A DNA stretch of 64,000 nt. Origin: an uncultured Enterobacteriaceae bacterium. Lineage in GTDB: Bacteria > Pseudomonadota > Gammaproteobacteria > Burkholderiales > SG8-39. Location of the stretch: NCBI GenBank assembly GCA_964430565.1, contig CAYSFD010000056.1, positions 34,888 to 98,887 of the forward strand, written 5' to 3'. Of this stretch, positions 53,844-61,674 are shown piece by piece (the stretch's first letter is position 1; each line of letters starts with the position of its first letter). The notes beneath the pieces were generated by a model. The model was given only the letters and a program-made list of their open reading frames with translations, searched no databases and had not been told where the DNA came from. A program made the translations under genes and the position numbers.

Positions 53844-56213
53844 ATGAGGTTCGCCGCGCTGGGCTTTGCGCTCGGCGTATGGTTGCTGCAGCAACAGCCC
53901 GCATTGCCCGGTGTTGGCTGGTTGGCGCTGTCCTTCGCATTATCGGCAATCGCCGGGGTCGGGTTCTCAAAGCGCGTCGCTCCCGCCGTCGCGGCCGGAG
54001 CAATGTTAATCGGGTTTGCGGCGTTGGGTTTCGCTTGGGCCGCGGCGTTCGCGCACGTTCGGCTCTCGGATCGGCTCGATGCGGCGCTCGAAGGGCGCGA
54101 CGTGGTTGTGACCGGCGTCATCGCCGGCCTGCCGCAGGATTTCGAACGCGGTGTGCGCTTCGATTTCGACGTGGAGTCCTCCGAGCCCGGCGTGCCGCAG
54201 CACATCGTGCTTTCCTGGTACAGCGGATTCTCTTCGGATGAATCCCTGAGTGTCGCCCCCGTGCGGGCCGGGGAGCGCTGGCGCTTCACGGTGCGGCTGC
54301 GGCGGCCGCACGGCAGCGCCAATCCGCACGGCTTCGATTACGAGGCCTGGCTTCTCGAGCGCGGCATTCGCGCGACCGGCTACGTGAGAGTGCCGACGCG
54401 CCGCGGGGCCGACGCGCGCAGGCAAGTCGTCCCTGAACGTTTGGCAGCGATGGTGCCGCGGCCGCAGTACTGGATCGAGAGGCTGCGTGAGGCGGCGCGG
54501 GAGAAAATCCGCAGCACGTTGCCCGAGAGTTCCAATACGGGCGTGCTGATCGCGTTGGCGATCGGCGATCAGCGCGCGATCGATCCCGAGGAGTGGCGCT
54601 TGTTCGCCCGCACCGGCGTGAGTCACCTGATGAGCATCTCCGGACTGCACGTCACCATGATCGCGGGTCTGTTCGCGATGCTCGCATCTTGGTGCTGGAG
54701 GCGCAGCGAAGTTCTGGCGCTTGCGCTACCCGCGCAAAAAGCCGCGGCGCTCGCGGGGTTTCTCGCCGCGCTCGGCTACTGCCTTATTTCCGGATTTGCC
54801 GTTCCCGCGCAGCGCACGCTCTACATGATCGGTGTGGTGGCGGCCGCGCTGTGGCTGGGGAAGGCGACGAGCGCTTCGCGGGTGCTCGCCGCAGCGCTCT
54901 TCCTCGTTCTCGTGCTCGATCCCTGGGCGGTCCTGTCCCCGGGTTTCTGGCTCTCGTTCGGGGCGGTCGCCGTGATTTTCTACATTGGCACCTCGCGCAC
55001 CGCCCGGCCGCACTGGCTCTCGCAGTGGGGGCGGGTGCAGTGGGCGGTGACAGTCGGCCTTGTTCCCTTGCTGCTGGTGCTGTTCCAGCAGGTGTCGCTG
55101 GTTTCTCCGATTGCGAACGCGGTCGCGATACCCGTGGTGAGCCTGGTCGTCACGCCGCTGGCGCTTGCCGGCGCCGTGCTGCCGTTCGCGTGGCCGCTGG
55201 AACTGGCACACGCGATTCTCGAAGTCCTGATGGCGATGCTGGGGTGGCTCGCGGAGCTTCCGGGTGCCGTCTGGCAGCAGCACGCGCCGCCGGCGTGGAC
55301 CCTGCCGCTCGCGCTCGCCGGCATCGCCTGGCTGCTCGTCCCGCGCGGGTTTCCTGCCCGCTGGCTCGGGATCGTCCTCTTGCTGCCGCTCTTCGCCACG
55401 CCACCGCAAGGGCCGCGGGCGGGCGATCTCTGGATTACGGTGTTGGATGTAGGGCAGGGGCTTTCGGTGCTTGCGCGCACCGAGCGGCACGCGCTGCTCT
55501 ACGACGCCGGACCGGCGTTCAACGCGTTCTCGGACAGCGGCAGCCGCGTCATCCTTCCCTACCTCCGCGGCGAAGGGATCAACCGGCTCGACGCGCTCAT
55601 CGTGTCTCACGACGACGGTGACCATTCGGGCGGCGCCGCCTCCGTACTCGAAGCGATTCCGGTCGGCATGCTGTGGTCCTCGCTTGCATCCGACCACGCT
55701 TTGCTCGAAGCGCCGACCTGGCGCGCGCCCTGCATCGCCGGGCGAAAGTGGGTCTGGGACGGAGTCTCCTTCGAATTTCTCCACCCGCGGGAGGAAGTGC
55801 TTTCTGGGCGCAGCGCGCGGGCCAACAACCGGAGTTGCGTACTGCGTATCGAGTCCAAGGGGGGCCGCGTGCTGCTCACCGGGGACATCGAGCGCGGTGC
55901 CGAGCGTGAACTGCTCCGGCACGCTCCGAAGCTCTTGACCGCGGAGGCGCTGCTCGTGCCGCACCACGGCAGCGCCACCTCGTCGTCGCCCGAATTCGTG
56001 AAGCAGGTGGCGCCGCGCTATGCGGTCTTCTCAGTCGGCCACCGAAGCCGCTTCGGTCACCCACGCGAGGATGTACTCGCGCGTTATCGCGAGGCGGGGA
56101 GCGAACTGCTTCGCACCGACTCGGGCGGCGCGATCCAGATGCGCTTCGAACCAGAAGGCATCCGGGTCGAAGCCCACCGCGAGCGCTCGCGGCGCTACTG
56201 GCACGAGTCCTAA
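53844..56213 (+). CDS. comEC: DNA internalization-related competence protein ComEC/Rec2
   Basis: 789 aa with an N-terminal OB/DUF4131 region, a polytopic competence domain (GVSHLMSISGLHV) and a C-terminal metallo-beta-lactamase domain (VSHDDGDHSGG...HHGS). Confidence 0.9.
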   Translation: MRFAALGFALGVWLLQQQPALPGVGWLALSFALSAIAGVGFSKRVAPAVAAGAMLIGFAALGFAWAAAFAHVRLSDRLDAALEGRDVVVTGVIAGLPQDFERGVRFDFDVESSEPGVPQHIVLSWYSGFSSDESLSVAPVRAGERWRFTVRLRRPHGSANPHGFDYEAWLLERGIRATGYVRVPTRRGADARRQVVPERLAAMVPRPQYWIERLREAAREKIRSTLPESSNTGVLIALAIGDQRAIDPEEWRLFARTGVSHLMSISGLHVTMIAGLFAMLASWCWRRSEVLALALPAQKAAALAGFLAALGYCLISGFAVPAQRTLYMIGVVAAALWLGKATSASRVLAAALFLVLVLDPWAVLSPGFWLSFGAVAVIFYIGTSRTARPHWLSQWGRVQWAVTVGLVPLLLVLFQQVSLVSPIANAVAIPVVSLVVTPLALAGAVLPFAWPLELAHAILEVLMAMLGWLAELPGAVWQQHAPPAWTLPLALAGIAWLLVPRGFPARWLGIVLLLPLFATPPQGPRAGDLWITVLDVGQGLSVLARTERHALLYDAGPAFNAFSDSGSRVILPYLRGEGINRLDALIVSHDDGDHSGGAASVLEAIPVGMLWSSLASDHALLEAPTWRAPCIAGRKWVWDGVSFEFLHPREEVLSGRSARANNRSCVLRIESKGGRVLLTGDIERGAERELLRHAPKLLTAEALLVPHHGSATSSSPEFVKQVAPRYAVFSVGHRSRFGHPREDVLARYREAGSELLRTDSGGAIQMRFEPEGIRVEAHRERSRRYWHES

Positions 56214-56220
56214 CTTCGGT

Positions 56221-56321
56221 GTCATTCTGAGGGCGACGCCCGAAGAATCTGCTTTTATGGTCGTCGACAGCAGATCCTTCGCGGAGTTTACCCTTGAGCG
56301 AAGCGAAGGGCTCAGGATGAC
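56221..56321. repeat. REP/MITE-like palindromic element, copy C (inverted relative to A/B)
   Basis: 101 nt with the same termini (GTCATTCTGAGG...CTCAGGATGAC). The nested palindrome (GCGGAGTTTACCCTTGAGCGAAGCGAAGGGCTC) now sits in the right arm as the reverse complement of the A/B insert. It starts 8 nt after the comEC stop. Confidence 0.8.
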
Positions 56322-56425
56322 AATGGCCGTTCCTTGGTTATACTGCCCGTTGCGGAGAAGACGGCTTTTCCGAGCCATTGCCTCTGCAATCCACATTCGT
56401 CTTTTAGCGAACCTGGAGGACATCC

Positions 56426-57397
56426 ATGAAACGCGTTGCCGCAGCCCTAACCGCAGTTCTCGCCGCCGGCCTGCTTGCCGCTCTGCCGGCTCGAGGCCAG
56501 CCCTACCCGAACAAGCCGATCCGCATCGTGGTCCCCTTCGCCCCGGGCGGCACCTCCGACATCCTCGCGCGCGCGATCGGACCGCACCTCACCACGGCCT
56601 GGGGCCAGCCGGTCGTCGTGGAAAACCGTACCGGCGCCAACGGCAACGTCGGGGCGGACCACGTCGCCAAGTCCGCGCCGGACGGCACCACCATGCTGCT
56701 CTCGGACGTCGGCGCGCTGTCGATCAACCCGAGCGTGTATACCAACATGCCCTTCGACCCGGCCAGGGATTTCTCGCCGATCGTGATGGTGTCGTATTCG
56801 CCGCACGTGCTGGCGGTGCATCCTTCAGTCCCGGTCAATAACGTGCAGGAACTGATCGCCTACGCCAAGGCAAACCCGGGCAAGATGAACTTCGCCAATT
56901 CGGGCACCGGTGGCGCGCCGCACCTCGCCGGCGTCGAATTCGCGGCGCGTACCGGCGTGCAGTGGACCTACATCCCCTACAAGGGCGGCTCGGCTGCGGT
57001 CACGGACGTGATCGCGGGCAACGCCAACGTGCTGTTCAACGGCATGCTCGCGACCTATCCGTCGGTGAAAGGCGGCCGCCTCAAAGGACTCGCCGTGTCC
57101 AGCGCGCAGCGCGTGCCTTCCGCGCCCGAACTGCCGACGGTGGCCGAGACGCTTCCGGGTTTCGAAACCGGCTCCTATCAGGGCCTGCTCGCTGCGGCCG
57201 GCACGCCGCGCGAGATCGTGACGAAGCTGAACTCCGAACTGACCCGCATCCTGAACACCAACGACATGAAAGAGTTCCTGGCGAAACAGGGCACCGAAGT
57301 GCGCACCGGCACGCCGGAGGCGCTCGGCGCGTTCATCGTCAATGAAAAAGCGCGCTGGGCAAAAGTAGTCAAGGAAGCCGGTGTCAAGGCCGACTGA
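56426..57397 (+). CDS. Bug-family (TctC-like) substrate-binding protein
   Basis: Signal peptide, then YPNKPIRIVVPFAPGGTSDILARAIGPHL. GGAGGA SD. Confidence 0.85.
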   Translation: MKRVAAALTAVLAAGLLAALPARGQPYPNKPIRIVVPFAPGGTSDILARAIGPHLTTAWGQPVVVENRTGANGNVGADHVAKSAPDGTTMLLSDVGALSINPSVYTNMPFDPARDFSPIVMVSYSPHVLAVHPSVPVNNVQELIAYAKANPGKMNFANSGTGGAPHLAGVEFAARTGVQWTYIPYKGGSAAVTDVIAGNANVLFNGMLATYPSVKGGRLKGLAVSSAQRVPSAPELPTVAETLPGFETGSYQGLLAAAGTPREIVTKLNSELTRILNTNDMKEFLAKQGTEVRTGTPEALGAFIVNEKARWAKVVKEAGVKAD

Positions 57398-57415
57398 GGA
57401 AACGAGGAGGAACCG

Positions 57416-58381
57416 ATGAAGCACATCGCACGCTTTGCTGCGGCTTTTCTGCTCGCCGCGTCCACGCTCGTCTCGGCGCAAAGCTGGCCGTCACGCCCGA
57501 TCAAGTACGTGGTCAACTTCGCGCCCGGTGGCACCACCGACATCCTCGCGCGCATGATCGCGCCCAAGATCTCTGACGCACTCGGTCAGCCGGTGGTGGT
57601 GGAGAACAAGCCCGGCCAGGCCGGCTCGGTGGGCGCGGCAGAACTCGCCCGCTCGCGCGCGGACGGCTACACCATCGGCGCGGGCACCATCAGCTCGCAT
57701 GCGATCAACGTGTCGCTGTACTCGAAACTCCCCTACGACGCGCTGAAGGATTTCCAGCCGATCACCATGCTGGCGACGCTGCCGAACATGCTGGTGGTCC
57801 ATCCGAGCATCCCGGCCAATAACGTGCAGGAGCTGATCGCCTTCCTCAAAGCCAACCCGAACAAGCATTCGTTCGGCTCGGCGGGCAACGGCACCTCGCA
57901 GCACATGTCCGGAGAGTTGTTCAAGAACATGACCGGGGTGCAGATACAGCACATTCCTTACAAGGGCAGCGGCCCGATGATCCCCGATCTGCTCGGCGGC
58001 GTGCTCTCGATGAGCTTCGAGAACCTCACCACCGCCTATCCGCCCGTAAAGCAAGGCAGGCTCAAGGCGCTGGCGGTGACCAGCGCCAAGCGCTCGTTCA
58101 TCGCGCCCGATGTGCCGACGCTGGCCGAATCCGGCCTTCCCGGATACGACATCAGCTCCTGGCAGGCGCTGTTCGCGCCGGCTGGCATCCCGAAGCCGAT
58201 CCTGGACCGCCTCTACGCGGAAACCGCCAAGGCGCTCAAGACGCCCGACGTTACCCAGCGCTTGCAGGACCTGGGCCTGGAAGCGGGCGGCATGCAGCCC
58301 GAGGAGCTCGCCGCGAAGATCCGGGAGGACATTCCGAAGCTCGCGAAAATCGTCAAGGACTCCGGCGCGAAGGTGGACTGA
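57416..58381 (+). CDS. Bug-family (TctC-like) substrate-binding protein
   Basis: Signal peptide, then WPSRPIKYVVNFAPGGTTDILARMIAPKI. It is in tandem with the previous paralog. Confidence 0.85.
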   Translation: MKHIARFAAAFLLAASTLVSAQSWPSRPIKYVVNFAPGGTTDILARMIAPKISDALGQPVVVENKPGQAGSVGAAELARSRADGYTIGAGTISSHAINVSLYSKLPYDALKDFQPITMLATLPNMLVVHPSIPANNVQELIAFLKANPNKHSFGSAGNGTSQHMSGELFKNMTGVQIQHIPYKGSGPMIPDLLGGVLSMSFENLTTAYPPVKQGRLKALAVTSAKRSFIAPDVPTLAESGLPGYDISSWQALFAPAGIPKPILDRLYAETAKALKTPDVTQRLQDLGLEAGGMQPEELAAKIREDIPKLAKIVKDSGAKVD

Positions 58382-58411
58382 GCCGGCGCTTTCTGGGGTC
58401 AAAGTCGACAC

Positions 58412-59248
58412 TTGAATCTCACTGCGACCGTCACTGTAAGAGGCGATCCCGCGCTGCTTCTGGAATACCGAAGCCGCGTCAACGAACTGCTCGACGAGGA
58501 GGGCGCCGGCTCCTACCGCGAGCTGCATACCGAGAAGCAACTCGAGTACCGCTTCAAGCTGCACGGCGGAATTCCGTTTCCCCCTTTCGTCGAGGCATCG
58601 CAGGCGTTTCAGAACCTGACCGTCGAGGTCGACTGGACGGAAGCGAACGAGGGCCGAAGCGGCCGCGCGATCATCCAGAACGGCGTTCTGCGCGAGCAGG
58701 CTGCGCAGACGCAGGCCCCGGGCGGATCCGCGCTGCGGGACGTGCGCGCCGATGCCGATGGGCGCCTTCGGCTTGCGGTGAGCTGCGAGCGCTGGCGCGA
58801 GTTCTGGCACGGTTACGTGGTTGCTTCGGATCAGCATGCATTCTTCCGGATCGTGGGGACCGCAGACGCATGCGAGCTTTGCGCGTCCGACGGAGTCGAG
58901 GCCGAGTGGGCCGAGCGCTGGGCCGTGTCGTCCGATGATGCGGACTATGCCGAGCTGGCGCAGCGCGAGCCGATCGCGAAAGACGAGCTGCGCGAGATCG
59001 ACCGGCTCGTACAGGAATTCTCCCGCGAATGGTTGTGGTTCAGTGAGAGCCCGCCGGAGGAAACGGCGGTAGAGCGCCAGCGCTTCGAAGCTTACGGGTA
59101 TCCGGTGCGCGCCGCGAACCTGCGCTCGGAAAAGCTCCGCAAGGTGCTCCGGCCCGAAGAGGACGGTCTTGCGCTCAGCTCGTTCGGAGAAGACACGCGC
59201 TGGATTCCGGAGCTGCTCGCGCGCTGCTGGCTGCGTCCCGAAAAGTGA
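58412..59248 (+). CDS. hypothetical protein (no recognisable domain), TTG start
   Basis: 278 aa with consistently high GC3 (coding-like). There is no ATG/GTG alternative near the 5' end and no recognisable motif. The protein is acidic and Trp-rich. Confidence 0.5.
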   Translation: MNLTATVTVRGDPALLLEYRSRVNELLDEEGAGSYRELHTEKQLEYRFKLHGGIPFPPFVEASQAFQNLTVEVDWTEANEGRSGRAIIQNGVLREQAAQTQAPGGSALRDVRADADGRLRLAVSCERWREFWHGYVVASDQHAFFRIVGTADACELCASDGVEAEWAERWAVSSDDADYAELAQREPIAKDELREIDRLVQEFSREWLWFSESPPEETAVERQRFEAYGYPVRAANLRSEKLRKVLRPEEDGLALSSFGEDTRWIPELLARCWLRPEK

Positions 59249-59258
59249 AAGCTCGGCA

Positions 59259-60122
59259 TTGAGCGAGCCGTTCCGGCGCCGCAAGCTGCAGTGCCCGAGC
59301 GCAAGCGGCCTGCACCGTATGGCCTATCTCGAGTGGGGAGAGCCCGAGGGCACGAAAACTCTCATCTGCGTTCACGGGCTGACGCGATGCGCGCGCGATT
59401 TCGATCGACTCGCCGCGGAGATGGTCGGCCACGGCTACCGGGTGGTCTGTCCCGACGTGGCCGGCCGCGGCGACTCCGATTGGCTGAAGAACCCCGCGGA
59501 ATATTCTGTGCCGGCCTACGCGAACGACATGGTGGCGCTGATCGCGCGGCTCGACGTGGAAGCGGTGCAGTGGGTGGGCACTTCGCTCGGTGGGCTCATC
59601 GGAATGGCGCTCGCCGCGATGCCCAGTTCACCGGTGACGAAGCTGGTTTTGAACGATGTCGGGCCGGTGCTGACCGCGGTATCGCTCGATCGCATCGGCT
59701 CCTACATCGGTAAGTGGCCGCCGCTGCCGAACCTGGACGCCGCCGAGCAGTACGTGCGCTCGATCAGCGCGCCGTTCGGCCCGCACAGCGACGCCGAGTG
59801 GCGTTTCCTCACCGAGCACGTCGTGCGCAGGAATCCAGATGGGTCGCTGCGCATGCACTACGATCCGGCGATCGCGGCGCCGTTCAACGCGGAGCTTCCT
59901 CACAAGGACGTCGAGCTGTGGAGTTCTTACGATGCGATCCGCTGCCCGACGCTCGTTTTGCGCGGCGAGCGATCGGACCTGTTGACGCGCGAAGCGGCAA
60001 AGCAGATGGCTCTGCGCGGCCCGCGCGCGAAAGTGGTCGAGATTCCGGGCGTCGGCCACGCGCCGACGCTGCTACACGACGACCAGATCGCGATCGTGCG
60101 CGAGTTCCTGCTCGGAAGCTAA
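59259..60122 (+). CDS. alpha/beta-fold hydrolase
   Basis: LICVHGLTRCARDF (HG oxyanion region), the nucleophile elbow GTSLGG, and C-terminal ...GVGHAPTL (catalytic His). The start is uncertain: TTG 59259 or ATG 59319. Confidence 0.75.
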   Translation: MSEPFRRRKLQCPSASGLHRMAYLEWGEPEGTKTLICVHGLTRCARDFDRLAAEMVGHGYRVVCPDVAGRGDSDWLKNPAEYSVPAYANDMVALIARLDVEAVQWVGTSLGGLIGMALAAMPSSPVTKLVLNDVGPVLTAVSLDRIGSYIGKWPPLPNLDAAEQYVRSISAPFGPHSDAEWRFLTEHVVRRNPDGSLRMHYDPAIAAPFNAELPHKDVELWSSYDAIRCPTLVLRGERSDLLTREAAKQMALRGPRAKVVEIPGVGHAPTLLHDDQIAIVREFLLGS

Positions 60123-60163
60123 GCTTCGACCGGCTGTCTCTCGATTCTCCCCGACCTAGGGGC

Positions 60164-60811
60164 TCACGCGTCTCTCGTGTGCAACTCGTATCCAAGTCTG
60201 CGTGCCGGTGCGAAGTCGGCCAGAACGGCTCTGTGAATCCGCCGAATGTTTTTCCAGGGATCGGGGTCGTTGAAGAAGCGTCGCAGGAAAAGCAGGTCCG
60301 TCATCATGCTGTCCATCCAGTCGATATCGGTGGTGTACCCGAGGACGGCGCGGCACTCCGATGCCGCCAGAAAGTCGCGCGCGAACTTGCGGCCGGCGCG
60401 CCCGGCGAACACGCTGCACGCGCCGAAGTGCACGAGGTTCGCGTACTTGCCGCCCCAGCCCTCGAATGCCCTGCAAAGCGCGCTTGCGCCGATGCTTTCC
60501 AGAGAATTACGCAAGGCGCCTGGCGAGCCGTGAAAGGACAAATAGAAAACGGGTGAGTCGAAGACGTCCCGGTCTCGCCACAGAAGCCCTTCAGGGTAGG
60601 ACGTGTAGTTCGACAACTGCGCCGTGGACTCGACGAATCGGTGGGCGATTTGGATGGGCGGGTCGAATCGCGACGACAGGGCCTCCAGGAAAGGGCGCAC
60701 CGAGGTGTTCTGGAAGAGCCGTGCGTTGTGGTCGCCCCAGTAGGTCTCCAGGCAGACGATCTTTCGAGGTGCGCCGCCCCCCTTCGCGATCTTTCCGCGC
60801 CTTCTTGGCAT
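60164..60811 (-). CDS. uncharacterized protein with caspase-like His...Cys strand motifs
   Basis: 215 aa from ATG 60811, which lies 19 nt after the mtfA-like stop. The motifs are KIVCLETYWGD (strand 1), VFYLSFHGSPG (hydrophobic strand + HG) and NLVHFGACSVF (hydrophobic strand + AC). No family was recognised. Confidence 0.55.
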   Translation of the reverse strand: MPRRRGKIAKGGGAPRKIVCLETYWGDHNARLFQNTSVRPFLEALSSRFDPPIQIAHRFVESTAQLSNYTSYPEGLLWRDRDVFDSPVFYLSFHGSPGALRNSLESIGASALCRAFEGWGGKYANLVHFGACSVFAGRAGRKFARDFLAASECRAVLGYTTDIDWMDSMMTDLLFLRRFFNDPDPWKNIRRIHRAVLADFAPARRLGYELHTRDA

Positions 60812-60830
60812 GCGAGACAATGGAGCTCCT

Positions 60831-61592
60831 TTAAGGAGTCGCCCGTCCCGCCGGATCCTGCCGGTAGAACAGCGCAAGCTGCTCGTATAGCTCGAGCCAG
60901 TCGCGCGCGAGCACCGCGGATTCGGTGAAGAAGGCCTCGCTCATGACGGCGAAGAACTCGGCGGGGTGCTCGGCGGCGTAGGGGTCTATGAAGGTCGGCT
61001 CGCCGGTATCGACTTCGCCGCAGAAACGCCGATAAGACTCTTCGAGCGCCTTGCGCCACTTTGCCGCGTCCATTCCGGCGCGCGCCGCCGGAAAATCCTC
61101 ATCGCCTCCTCCGTCCATGTGGAGCTTGTGTGCGAACTCGTGGATCACCACGTTGTAGCCGCGCTCGGCCAGACGCACATCTTCCCAGGACAGGATCACC
61201 GGGCCTCCGGGCCAGGCCTCTCCGGCGAGTTCCTCGTCGGAGGTGTGCACGACGCCGCTCTCGTCCATCTCCTCCTTGCGCACGCGGAATTCGCCAGGAT
61301 AGACGACCACGCCGACCCAGCCGCTGTAGGCGTCCAGGCCGAGATTGAGAATCGGCAGGCAGGCCTGTGCGGCGATCGACAGGCGCACTTCGTCGGTGAG
61401 CTTGAAGCCGTGCGTGCCGTGCATTTCCTTTTCCGAAAGAAACAGAACGACGAGTTCCCTGAGCCGCGCCGCCTCCTCCTCCGAAAGGCCGCGCAGGAAC
61501 GACAGCCCGGAGGCAACCCGCGCCCACAGCGCCGCGTCGATTCTGGCGCTTTTCAGTACGCGCTTGCGGCGCCATCTGCGAAGGAGACTCAT
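60831..61592 (-). CDS. mtfA: M90-family zinc metallopeptidase (MtfA-like)
   Basis: 253 aa reading ...GWVGVVVYPGEF...GEAWPGGPVILSWEDV...NVVIHEFAHKLH (HExxH) ...DPYAAEHPAEFFAVMSEAFF. Confidence 0.8.
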   Translation of the reverse strand: MSLLRRWRRKRVLKSARIDAALWARVASGLSFLRGLSEEEAARLRELVVLFLSEKEMHGTHGFKLTDEVRLSIAAQACLPILNLGLDAYSGWVGVVVYPGEFRVRKEEMDESGVVHTSDEELAGEAWPGGPVILSWEDVRLAERGYNVVIHEFAHKLHMDGGGDEDFPAARAGMDAAKWRKALEESYRRFCGEVDTGEPTFIDPYAAEHPAEFFAVMSEAFFTESAVLARDWLELYEQLALFYRQDPAGRATP

Positions 61593-61674
61593 GCCCGTTT
61601 CGTTCCTTCAGGGGAAAAGGCGAATTATCCGGGAGGGAGCTCTCCCGCGCCATAGCGTGCGCTAGACTTTGGGG

